Positions 9,545 to 18,325 of a DNA stretch of 64,000 nucleotides are shown one piece after another. A model generated the notes under the pieces. The model did no database searches. It was not told the origin of the DNA and worked only from the letters and a program-made list of their open reading frames with translations. Numbering within the stretch: position 1 is the first letter of the stretch; the number at the start of each line of letters is the position of its first letter. The DNA is from a bacterium. Lineage in GTDB: Bacteria; Bacillota_I; Bacilli_A; RFN20; CAG-826. The DNA lies in contig CAVEYA010000067.1 of assembly GCA_963619935.1 (NCBI GenBank), forward strand, positions 38 through 64,037, read 5' to 3'. A program made the position numbers and the translations under genes.

Positions 9545-12381
9545 TATTCGTATTTTCCTTTCTTTAATTCTTCTTTCAAGAATTCACCAGTGTATGATTT
9601 TTTATTTTTGCTCACTTCTTCTGGTGTGCCAGTTGCTACAACTGTTCCACCATTGTCTCCGCCATCTGGGCCTAAATCAACAATATAGTCAGCAACTTTA
9701 ATCACATCTAAATTATGTTCGATAACTAACACTGTGTCGCCATGATCAACAATCCGATTAAGCACTTTTAATAAACGTGAAACATCATCCGCATGTAAAC
9801 CAGTAGTTGGTTCATCTAAAATATATAGCGTTTTACCAGTTGGTTTTCTTTGCAGTTCATTAGCCAATTTAACTCTTTGAGCCTCCCCACCTGATAAGGT
9901 AGTGGCCTGTTGACCAAGTTTAACATAGCCTAAACCAACATCGCTTAATACTTGTAATCTCTTTTTAATAGAAGGTCTATTTTCAAAGAACTTTAAAGCG
10001 TCTTCGACAGTCATTTCTAAGACATCATAGATGTTCTTTCCTTTGTAAGTAACTTGTAAGGTTTCTTCGTTATAACGTTTACCAGAACATGCTTCACATT
10101 TAACATATACATCTGGTAAGAAGTTCATTGGAATGCGAGTAACACCTGCACCTTGGCAAGTCTCACAACGTCCTCCCACAACATTAAAGGAGAATCTACC
10201 TTTATCAAAACCACGAGCTTTGGCTTCAACAGTCTCCGCAAATAAGGCTCTAATATCGTCAAATAATTTAATATATGTGGCAGGGTTACTTCTTGGTGTT
10301 CGACCAATTGGTTCTTGTGTAACATCAATGATTTTATCTAAATATTCTACCCCTTCAATATTCTTTACTGGGCCCACTATTGTATCAGTTTTATTTAATG
10401 TCTTATAAATATAAGGATATAAAGTTTGATTAATTAAAGAAGACTTACCAGAACCTGATACACCTGTAATTGCAACAAAACAACCTAAAGGAATATCAAC
10501 ATTCACATTCTTTAAGTTATTACAACTTGCTCCTTTTATATGAATAAACTTTCCGTTTCCTTTTCTTCTCTTTTTTGGAATTGGAATATATTTTCGACCT
10601 GAAAGATACGCTCCAGTAATGCTATCTGGTGAATTAATTAAATCTTCCACACTACCTTGGCCAGTAATTTCACCGCCGTGTACCCCTGCGCCAGGTCCGA
10701 TATCCACAATATAATCTGCCGCTTTAATAGTTTCTTCATCATGTTCTACAACAATTAAGGTATTGCCTAAATCACGCATTGATTTCATTGTCGCAATTAA
10801 TTTTTGGCTATCTTTTTGATGTAAGCCAATGGAAGGTTCATCTAAAACATATAAAACACCAGTTAATTTTGAACCAATCTGTGTGGCTAAACGAATTCTT
10901 TGCGATTCACCACCACTTAATGTCATCGCCATTCTCGATAAAGTCAAATATTCTAATCCCACATCGCATAAGAAAGATGTACGGTTATCAATTTCTTTTA
11001 AAACCATGTTAGCGATATCATTTTGATTTTTGCTTAATTTATTTGGTAATTCTCTAACCCAATCTCTTAAATCCTTAATTTGCATTTGGGTCACGTCATA
11101 AATATTTTTATCATCAATTAAAACCGATAAAGCTTCTTTATTTAATCTTGCTCCATTGCAGGTTGTACACACAGTATCGTGCATGAATGTTTCATAATAT
11201 TCTCTCATCCACTCAGAATTAGTTTCGCTATATAAACGATCTAATTTTGTTTTAATACCTTCAATATAACCAATACGATTATTGACGTTACCACTAGAAG
11301 ATTTTAAAACATATTTATGAATCTCTGGTGAACCAAATAACACGATATGTTTTTGTTCTTTAGTTAATTCATTATATGGCACATTCATTGGGATATTATA
11401 AAGTTTACAAAGTAACTTAAATTCTTGCCATTCCATATTCGGTGTACCCACCATATGACGGTAGTATTTAACCGCGCCATTTTCTAAAGTCATGGACACA
11501 TCAGGTACAATTAAATTTTCATCTGCCTCACGTTTAATTCCTAAACCCTTACAATCAGGGCAACAGCCTAAAGGAGAGTTAAAGGAGAATAATCTAGGTT
11601 CTAGTTTAGGAATTGAAAAACCACACTCTGGGCAAGTGTGTTTATCACTCACTACTTTTTCTTCAATATCAGAGAGAATAATTAATAAACCATGTGACCA
11701 ATCTAAAGCGGTTTCAATGGATTCATAGATACGGCTTCTAGATTCTGGTTTAACAATTATACGGTCGACAATAATATCGATATTATGTTTTTTATTTTTT
11801 TCTAATTCATGGACATCTTCGATTAATTTATTTTCCCCATCAATTCTTAAACGCGAAAAACCATTAATACGTATCTTATCTAATACTTCTTTTTGCGTGC
11901 CTTTTTCTTGATGCACGACTGGCGCTAATAATTGGACCTTTGTGCCGACTGGATAGGACATTACAATATCCGTCATCATGGTCGGTGAAAAAGAAATAAT
12001 TGGATTATGGTGTTTTGGACAATAAGGCACGCCAATACGACCAAATAACAATCTTAAAAAATCATATATTTCAGTGACTGTACCCACTGTACTTCTTGGG
12101 TTATGGGAAACACTTTTTTGATCAATCGCAATACTTGGTGATAATCCCTCAATCGCATCAACATCTGGTTTATCATAATTACCTAAAAATTGACGAGCGT
12201 AGCTTGAAAGAGATTCAACATATCTTCTTTGCCCTTCTGCAAATATCGTGTCAAACGCTAAAGTGGTTTTACCACTACCAGAAAGGCCACTAAAAACAAT
12301 TAAAGAATCCTTTGGTAATTCTAAGTCAATATTCTTGAGGTTATTTTCTCTTGCCCCTTTAATAATAATTTTCTTTTCCAT
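9544..12381 (-). CDS. uvrA: excinuclease ABC subunit A
   Basis: 945 aa, two ABC modules (GLSGSGKTTLA, GVSGSGKSSL), zinc-finger cysteines, LSGGE signatures. Confidence 0.97.
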   Translation of the reverse strand: MEKKIIIKGARENNLKNIDLELPKDSLIVFSGLSGSGKTTLAFDTIFAEGQRRYVESLSSYARQFLGNYDKPDVDAIEGLSPSIAIDQKSVSHNPRSTVGTVTEIYDFLRLLFGRIGVPYCPKHHNPIISFSPTMMTDIVMSYPVGTKVQLLAPVVHQEKGTQKEVLDKIRINGFSRLRIDGENKLIEDVHELEKNKKHNIDIIVDRIIVKPESRSRIYESIETALDWSHGLLIILSDIEEKVVSDKHTCPECGFSIPKLEPRLFSFNSPLGCCPDCKGLGIKREADENLIVPDVSMTLENGAVKYYRHMVGTPNMEWQEFKLLCKLYNIPMNVPYNELTKEQKHIVLFGSPEIHKYVLKSSSGNVNNRIGYIEGIKTKLDRLYSETNSEWMREYYETFMHDTVCTTCNGARLNKEALSVLIDDKNIYDVTQMQIKDLRDWVRELPNKLSKNQNDIANMVLKEIDNRTSFLCDVGLEYLTLSRMAMTLSGGESQRIRLATQIGSKLTGVLYVLDEPSIGLHQKDSQKLIATMKSMRDLGNTLIVVEHDEETIKAADYIVDIGPGAGVHGGEITGQGSVEDLINSPDSITGAYLSGRKYIPIPKKRRKGNGKFIHIKGASCNNLKNVNVDIPLGCFVAITGVSGSGKSSLINQTLYPYIYKTLNKTDTIVGPVKNIEGVEYLDKIIDVTQEPIGRTPRSNPATYIKLFDDIRALFAETVEAKARGFDKGRFSFNVVGGRCETCQGAGVTRIPMNFLPDVYVKCEACSGKRYNEETLQVTYKGKNIYDVLEMTVEDALKFFENRPSIKKRLQVLSDVGLGYVKLGQQATTLSGGEAQRVKLANELQRKPTGKTLYILDEPTTGLHADDVSRLLKVLNRIVDHGDTVLVIEHNLDVIKVADYIVDLGPDGGDNGGTVVATGTPEEVSKNKKSYTGEFLKEELKKGKYE

Positions 12382-12449
12382 AATTCACTCTTCGTTATTT
12401 TATATAATTAACGAAAAATAGTCTATTAAAACGCACACATACACGCATA

Positions 12450-12480
12450 TAAAATAAAACCTATACTTAGTATAGGCTTA
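12450..12480 (-). terminator. Rho-independent terminator after the kinase gene
   Basis: CCTATAC-TTA-GTATAGG hairpin (12460-12476) with flanking T/A runs (bidirectional). Confidence 0.5.
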
Positions 12481-12972
12481 TATTTTTTTAATTACTTCGC
12501 TAAAGTTATGGTCTTTAATCAAATAGATATGTGAGAAATATTTTTTATCTTCCTCAGTCACCATTTCAATATTATCCATGAAATTTTCTAAAACATTTTC
12601 TGGAACTGGGAAGTCACGATTAAGATTTTGCTCTTGCACAATTTCTTTTGGTAAATTGAAGATGACTAAATCCATTTCGTTAAAATATGGTTTTAATTCT
12701 TCAGTTTTGCTAATTCTTAAATCGGTGGAAATATTAGTAGCGTCCAACACCACAATACCATTTGGATCAGTCGCATAGACTTTGGCTAATTGATAATACA
12801 TTTGCCACATAATCTTATCAGCTTCAAAGTTTTGTTGATTTCCAGTAATTAAATCACGGAGTTGGTCAGAAGAAATAATATAGACATGGCCCTTTTTCTC
12901 TTCCCTTAATGAGCGAGAGAAGTAGCTTTTTCCGCTTCCTGGTACACCGCATAAAACAACTAACTTTGCCAT
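12478..12972 (-). CDS. AAA_33 / polynucleotide-kinase-like P-loop kinase
   Basis: 164 aa; Walker A VLCGVPGSGKS, LDATN motif as in T4 Pnk / predicted-kinase family. Confidence 0.6.
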   Translation of the reverse strand: MAKLVVLCGVPGSGKSYFSRSLREEKKGHVYIISSDQLRDLITGNQQNFEADKIMWQMYYQLAKVYATDPNGIVVLDATNISTDLRISKTEELKPYFNEMDLVIFNLPKEIVQEQNLNRDFPVPENVLENFMDNIEMVTEEDKKYFSHIYLIKDHNFSEVIKKI

Positions 12973-13009
12973 AACGGAATTATAATAGCAAATCTCTTTT
13001 TCTATTAAA

Positions 13010-13040
13010 AGAAAAAAACAAGGAATTTTCCTTGTCTTTT
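13010..13040 (-). terminator. Rho-independent terminator after the 13061-13450 gene
   Basis: ACAAGGA-ATTT-TCCTTGT hairpin with T-run in minus orientation. Confidence 0.5.
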
Positions 13041-13060
13041 ATTTGATTAAGAATATTTAA

Positions 13061-13450
13061 CTATTTAGCAAGCAAAGCCTCAACTTCTTCTTTAGTTAAA
13101 ACTTTATCTTTACTCACTTTGCGCATAGCTTTTTTGATATCTGCTTTGACCGCTCTTAAGAGAGATTCTTGTTCTTTACGAGCAGCAATTTTTCTCTTAG
13201 TGGCGTTTAAGAATGTTTCAGGAATATAATCGGAAATAATTTTCTTTCCTTCTCTCCATTGACGATAATAGTATGTATGTCCTGAAATTTGTTTAACAGA
13301 AATATAACCAACTGGTAAAGCTTTAATATTTTCTTCAATTTGTTCTTTTTCGTTCATTAATGCGAGCAATAACTCGGCTTGTCTTTGTTCTTGTTTCATA
13401 TCTATTAACCTACCGACTTTTATATTATTATAACAATATATTTTTTTCAA
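13061..13450 (-). CDS. hypothetical small basic protein (probable true start MKQEQRQ at about 13399)
   Basis: ORF only, flanked by its own terminators; no recognisable domain. Confidence 0.45.
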   Translation of the reverse strand: MKKIYCYNNIKVGRLIDMKQEQRQAELLLALMNEKEQIEENIKALPVGYISVKQISGHTYYYRQWREGKKIISDYIPETFLNATKRKIAARKEQESLLRAVKADIKKAMRKVSKDKVLTKEEVEALLAK

Positions 13451-13489
13451 TTAATAAATAATTAATTTTTTCTTTTAAAATGATGAGAA

Positions 13490-13521
13490 ACAAAAAAACG
13501 GATAGATTTCTCTACCCGTTA
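13490..13521 (-). terminator. Rho-independent terminator of nifJ
   Basis: AACGG...CCGTT hairpin (13497-13520) followed by T-run on the minus strand. Confidence 0.5.
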
Positions 13522-13538
13522 ATTTTGTGTTTTAGATA

Positions 13539-16500
13539 TTAAAGACCAAACTTTTTGATTCTATCAAGTCTATCTTTAGCGTATTTTTCCGCTTTAGTTA
13601 AGAGTTCTTCAGCGTGTTCTGGATTAACACGTGGAAGTTGAGAGAATCTTGTTTCTGTCATCACGAAATCTCTAAATTTGCTGTAATCAGGTTCTTGCAT
13701 ATCTAAGGTTAAGCATGGTTTACCTTGTTCCGCATTTCTTGGATCATAACGGAAGATTGGGAAGTAACCACATTCAACTGCGAGGCGTTCTTGTCTCATG
13801 GAGTTAGATAAGCCACCCTTAATACCATGGTTAGCACATGGAGCATAGCAGATAACTAATGATGGACCATCATAGCTTTCAGCTTCTTTTAAGGCTTTAA
13901 TTGCCGCAATTGGGTTTTTGCCTAAGGAGATTTGTGCAACATAGACATTACCATATGACATAGCAATTAAGGCTAAGTTCTTCTTCGCGGTAGTTTTACC
14001 ACTTGCGGTAAATTTGGCGATAGAACCTGTTTGTGAAGATTTGGAAGATTGACCACCGGTGTTGGAATAAACTTCGGTATCAAGGACTAAGATGTTAACA
14101 TCTTCTTCATTTGCGATAACGTGGTCTAATCCACCATAACCGATGTCGTATGCCCAACCATCACCACCAACAATCCAAATGGATTTATCTTGTAAATCTC
14201 TTTCGTAAGCAAGGACTTCTTTGACGCCTTCATCTTTACTAGCTTTCACTAAAGCCACTAAATCTTTAACGATTTGTCTACTTGCTTGACGGTTTTTAAT
14301 ATTGGCGAAGTATTCATCAATCTTAGCAGCTAATTCTGGTTCAACACCACGTTCTTTAGCAGCACTTAAGATTTCAATAATATGTTTAATCTTTGCGTTT
14401 GTGGCCACTCTCATACCATAACCGAATTCTGCGTTATCTTCGAATAAGGAGTTAGCCCAAGCAATACCTTGACCATCTTTATCAGTGCAGAATGGAGTTA
14501 ATGGAGTAGAACCACTATAGATGGATGAACATCCAGTTGCATTAGCAACTAACATATCTTTACCGAATAATTGGGAAACTAAACGGTAGTATGGGGTTTC
14601 ACCACATCCAGCACAAGCGCCAGAGATTTCCATATATGGCATTAAGAAACCAATACCTTTAACTGTTGCTTGTAAAGCAGTTGGTAATTTATCAGCTTTA
14701 TATGTGACATGTTTGAATAAGTAATTTGCGCCTTCTTCTTGTGGGAATTGAGATTTAGCTTCCACCATTTCAATGGCGTTTTTGCCAATCTTATTGGCGT
14801 TACATTCAACAACACATAAGCCACAACCGACACAGTTTCTTGGAGAAACTTGTAAACGGTATTTCATACCTGGAACACCGATAGCTGGTGAAACAGCTTC
14901 TTTTACAATAGCTGGTGCAGCTTCTAATTCTTTTTCGTCTAATAAGAATGGACGAATAGTAGCATGTGGACAGACAAACGCACAGTTATTACATTGAATA
15001 CATGCTTCTGGGTGCCATAATGGGACTTTATCAGCAATACTTCTCTTTTCTTGGAAAGTAATGTTGTTTCTCATTGTGCCATCGAGTAATTCATATTCAG
15101 TAAATTTACTGACTGGTAAGTCATCACCACCGAGGTTACCCATCACTGCGACATAACTATCGAAATAGTCATCGCCTGTTAATTTAGTTTCGGCTTTTGG
15201 TGATAAATTAGCCCATTCTGGATCAACTTTAACTTCTCTTAAGCCTTCAGTACCAGCGTCAATTGCCTTCCAGTTAAGTTCGACAACATCTTGGCCTTTC
15301 TTAGCATAAGATTTTTCAGCAAATTTCTTCATCCATTTATTTGCTTCATCATATGGCATAATGCCTTGATTTAAATAGAAGAAGGAAGCTTGGAGAATAG
15401 TATTTGTATGTCTACCCATACCAATTTCGCCAGCAATCTTATTTGCGTCGATAACATAGAACTTCGCATTCTTGGTGGCTAATTGATATTTAACACGGTT
15501 TGGCATGTTCTTGATTAATTCTTCATCAGACATGTCTGTATTAAGTAAGAAAGTACCGCCTTTCTTTAAATTCTTAACCATGTCGAACTTAAATAAATAA
15601 GTATCTAATGAGCAAGAGATAAAGTCAGCGTTTTGCACATAATATGTAGAATGAATTGGTGTTTTACCAAATCTTAAGTGTGAACGAGTAACACCACCAG
15701 CTTTACGAGAGTCGTAAGCGAAATACGCTTGTGCATATTGGTGAGTTGCGTCACCGATAATCTTAATAGATGATTTATTCGCGGAAACTGTACCATCACT
15801 ACCTAAACCATAGAATAAGCAAGATGTGTAGTCGCCTTTCACGTGATAATCATTATCCACTGGGATGCTTAAGTGAGTGACATCATCATTGATACCAACA
15901 GTGAAGCCATTCCAATGTTCACCCTTTAAGAAGTCATAAACAGCCTTCATATCTTTTGGTTGAGTATCTTTACTAGATAAACCATAACGGCCACCGATAA
16001 CTTCAACATCTAAGTTAGCTTCTTTAATTACTGCAACGACATCTTCATATAAAGGTTCGCCAGCAGCGCCCATTTCTTTTGTTCTATCTAAGACAGCGAT
16101 TTGTTTAACTGTCTTTGGTAAGACTGCTAATAAGTGTTTAGCAGAGAATGGACGATATAAGTGAACTTTGACTAAACCAATCTTTTCACCTTTTGCGGTT
16201 AAGTCATCGATTACTTCAGTAATTGTTTCAGTGACAGAGCCCATTGCGATGATTACTCTATCAGCGTCTTTGCTACCATAATATGTAAATGGAGCGTATT
16301 CACGTCCTGTTAAGCGAGTTGCTTCTTTGAAGTATTTACATGCCACTTCAAGAACTTCATCCGCTTTCTTATTTTGCGCTTCTCTACCTTGGAAATAGAC
16401 GTCGTCGTTTTCTGCACCACCGCGTGTAACTGGGTGAGTGTGTGGATTTAAAGCTCTTGCTCTAAATTCTTCGACTTTATCCATTCTTAATAACTTTTTC

Positions 16501-17081
16501 CATTCCGCATCGTCAATGAATTCAACGTTTTGGATTTCATGAGAAGTTCTAAAGCCATCAAAGAAATGACAAACTGGGTAAGCTGCTTCAATTGCAGTTA
16601 AGTGTGCAACGTTTGTTAAATCAGCGATTTCTTGCACTGAATGAGAACAAATCATTGCAATACCAGTTTGACGAATTGCGTAAATGTCTTGGTGATCGCC
16701 AAAGATAGATAATGAACGTGTCGCTAAGCTTCTTGCGGAAACATGTAAGACTGCTGGTAAGCATTCACCAACCCATTTATAAATGTTTGGGATCATTAAT
16801 AATAAGCCTTGGGATGCAGTATAAGTTGCTGCTAAACCTCCAGCTTGTAAAACGCCGTGTACAGTACCAGAAGCGCCTGCTTCGGATTGCATTTCACTCA
16901 CTTTGACAATGGAGCCAAAGAAGTTTTTACGGTTTTGTGAAGCGTAGACATCAATGTTTTCTGCCATTGGTGAAGATGGAGTAATTGGGTAAATGCCTGC
17001 TACTTCAATGTAGTTGTAAGAACCAAGTGCTGCTGCTGTATTACCATCTACAGAGAGCATTGTTTTCTTAATTTCTGCCAT
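13539..17081 (-). CDS. nifJ: pyruvate:ferredoxin (flavodoxin) oxidoreductase, single-polypeptide PFOR
   Basis: 1180 aa; two 4Fe-4S ferredoxin motifs (CIQCNNCAFVCP, CVGCGLCVVEC), TPP-binding GGDGW. Confidence 0.95.
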   Translation of the reverse strand: MAEIKKTMLSVDGNTAAALGSYNYIEVAGIYPITPSSPMAENIDVYASQNRKNFFGSIVKVSEMQSEAGASGTVHGVLQAGGLAATYTASQGLLLMIPNIYKWVGECLPAVLHVSARSLATRSLSIFGDHQDIYAIRQTGIAMICSHSVQEIADLTNVAHLTAIEAAYPVCHFFDGFRTSHEIQNVEFIDDAEWKKLLRMDKVEEFRARALNPHTHPVTRGGAENDDVYFQGREAQNKKADEVLEVACKYFKEATRLTGREYAPFTYYGSKDADRVIIAMGSVTETITEVIDDLTAKGEKIGLVKVHLYRPFSAKHLLAVLPKTVKQIAVLDRTKEMGAAGEPLYEDVVAVIKEANLDVEVIGGRYGLSSKDTQPKDMKAVYDFLKGEHWNGFTVGINDDVTHLSIPVDNDYHVKGDYTSCLFYGLGSDGTVSANKSSIKIIGDATHQYAQAYFAYDSRKAGGVTRSHLRFGKTPIHSTYYVQNADFISCSLDTYLFKFDMVKNLKKGGTFLLNTDMSDEELIKNMPNRVKYQLATKNAKFYVIDANKIAGEIGMGRHTNTILQASFFYLNQGIMPYDEANKWMKKFAEKSYAKKGQDVVELNWKAIDAGTEGLREVKVDPEWANLSPKAETKLTGDDYFDSYVAVMGNLGGDDLPVSKFTEYELLDGTMRNNITFQEKRSIADKVPLWHPEACIQCNNCAFVCPHATIRPFLLDEKELEAAPAIVKEAVSPAIGVPGMKYRLQVSPRNCVGCGLCVVECNANKIGKNAIEMVEAKSQFPQEEGANYLFKHVTYKADKLPTALQATVKGIGFLMPYMEISGACAGCGETPYYRLVSQLFGKDMLVANATGCSSIYSGSTPLTPFCTDKDGQGIAWANSLFEDNAEFGYGMRVATNAKIKHIIEILSAAKERGVEPELAAKIDEYFANIKNRQASRQIVKDLVALVKASKDEGVKEVLAYERDLQDKSIWIVGGDGWAYDIGYGGLDHVIANEEDVNILVLDTEVYSNTGGQSSKSSQTGSIAKFTASGKTTAKKNLALIAMSYGNVYVAQISLGKNPIAAIKALKEAESYDGPSLVICYAPCANHGIKGGLSNSMRQERLAVECGYFPIFRYDPRNAEQGKPCLTLDMQEPDYSKFRDFVMTETRFSQLPRVNPEHAEELLTKAEKYAKDRLDRIKKFGL

Positions 17082-17118
17082 AATTTTAAAATTCCTTTCT
17101 TAAAAAATTACCAATATT

Positions 17119-17147
17119 AGTATATTGAGATAATTTTCACTTTACAA
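17119..17147 (-). promoter_or_regulatory. candidate nifJ promoter TTGTAA (17142-17147) - 17 nt - TATACT (17119-17124)
   Basis: Hexamers read on the minus strand, about 35 nt upstream of the ATG at 17081. Confidence 0.35.
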
Positions 17148-17231
17148 GCAAAGATAATAATATCTTTAAGATTTTTTAATATAAAATCAGCACTAGAAAA
17201 TTTTTAACAAAAAAAGCAAATTTAAAAAGTG

Positions 17232-17262
17232 CATAAAAAAGAGAGAATTTTGTTCTCTCTAA
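17232..17262 (-). terminator. Rho-independent terminator after the 17282-17782 lipoprotein gene
   Basis: AGAGAGAA-TTTTG-TTCTCTCT hairpin (17240-17260) plus T-run. Confidence 0.55.
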
Positions 17263-17281
17263 TTTTACTTACCTCTTTTTC

Positions 17282-17782
17282 TTATTTTACAGAAAGAATT
17301 GTTGGTGAATAAGCTTCTCCGGTTGGGGATAAAGTTGCCTTTAAATATGGGATTTCATATGTGATTGCACCATCTTTAACAAACTTTTCTAAATAGCCTT
17401 TAACAACAACTGTTTTTCCTGCTAATGAATCTTGTGTGGTATAGTCACCAGTGACACTAGAATCCATAACACCGGAATAGATATAAACTGGTTGACTATC
17501 TGCTTTCATATGGTTTTGGAAATAGCAGTTATAGGAATTATGCTCAGAATTATATCTTGAATCACCTAATACACCTTGCACTGTATATTCCTTATCAGTA
17601 ATTCCGTTATCGTCTAATTTGCTAACGATTTCAATAAGTTGTTCAACAGTAATCGTGTCACCATAATTAGTAGAACCACCAGAGTTACCACCATTACCAC
17701 CTTGGTTATTGTTACCATTTCCACGTGTTGCACATCCCATCATTAAGAAAGCTAATAATGGTAAAGCGAATAATTTTTTCAT
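17282..17782 (-). CDS. OB-fold (BOF/YgiW-like) lipoprotein
   Basis: Signal peptide plus lipobox LMMGC; Gly/Asn-rich linker; OB-like core (YTVQGVL...VYIYSG...GKTVVVKGYL). Confidence 0.65.
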   Translation of the reverse strand: MKKLFALPLLAFLMMGCATRGNGNNNQGGNGGNSGGSTNYGDTITVEQLIEIVSKLDDNGITDKEYTVQGVLGDSRYNSEHNSYNCYFQNHMKADSQPVYIYSGVMDSSVTGDYTTQDSLAGKTVVVKGYLEKFVKDGAITYEIPYLKATLSPTGEAYSPTILSVK

Positions 17783-17849
17783 GTTTTTGTCTCCTAAATA
17801 ATCTTTTACTAGTGTATCAAATCTGTTTTTAAAAGTAAGGCATAAGAAA

Positions 17850-17868
17850 AAAGACCCATAGGGTCTAT
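17850..17868 (-). terminator. bidirectional hairpin terminator AGACCC-ATA-GGGTCT
   Basis: Perfect 6-bp GC-rich stem flanked by A-run and T-run; overlaps the stop codon of the 17865-18290 gene. Confidence 0.5.
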
Positions 17869-18290
17869 TTTTTATTTTTTCTTTTTGCCTGTTCTTCGTT
17901 AATCAGTTTCTTTAAGATTCTTAAATCATGGTCAGTTAATTCAACACTTTTATCAATCATCCCACCAATAGACATCTTACGATAAACAAAGTCATTTACA
18001 GATTCATAATCATGTAATTCTTTTTTAGTTACTGAAGTAGAACGATTAATTGGTGTTTTCTTTTCTTCCTGGACAATGATGTAATCTTTAATTTGTGGAA
18101 TTAATTCTAATAAGTTATATTCATAATCCATCACTAACATAGGATCAAAATAAGATAATGTATCCGTAATTACTTCTGGATAAATACCCACCATCTTAGA
18201 CAATCTTTCTGCGGTGACATATTTAAATTTAGTTTTGCTCATCGCATTTAAATATTTCTTTAATGTGGAAACTGAAGGTTTGTTATTCAT
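17865..18290 (-). CDS. hypothetical cytoplasmic protein (possible wHTH regulator)
   Basis: 141 aa, no signal peptide, Lys-rich C-terminus. Confidence 0.45.
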   Translation of the reverse strand: MNNKPSVSTLKKYLNAMSKTKFKYVTAERLSKMVGIYPEVITDTLSYFDPMLVMDYEYNLLELIPQIKDYIIVQEEKKTPINRSTSVTKKELHDYESVNDFVYRKMSIGGMIDKSVELTDHDLRILKKLINEEQAKRKNKK

Positions 18291-18325
18291 ATCAATACCT
18301 CATTAATATAACAAATTTAGAAGAA

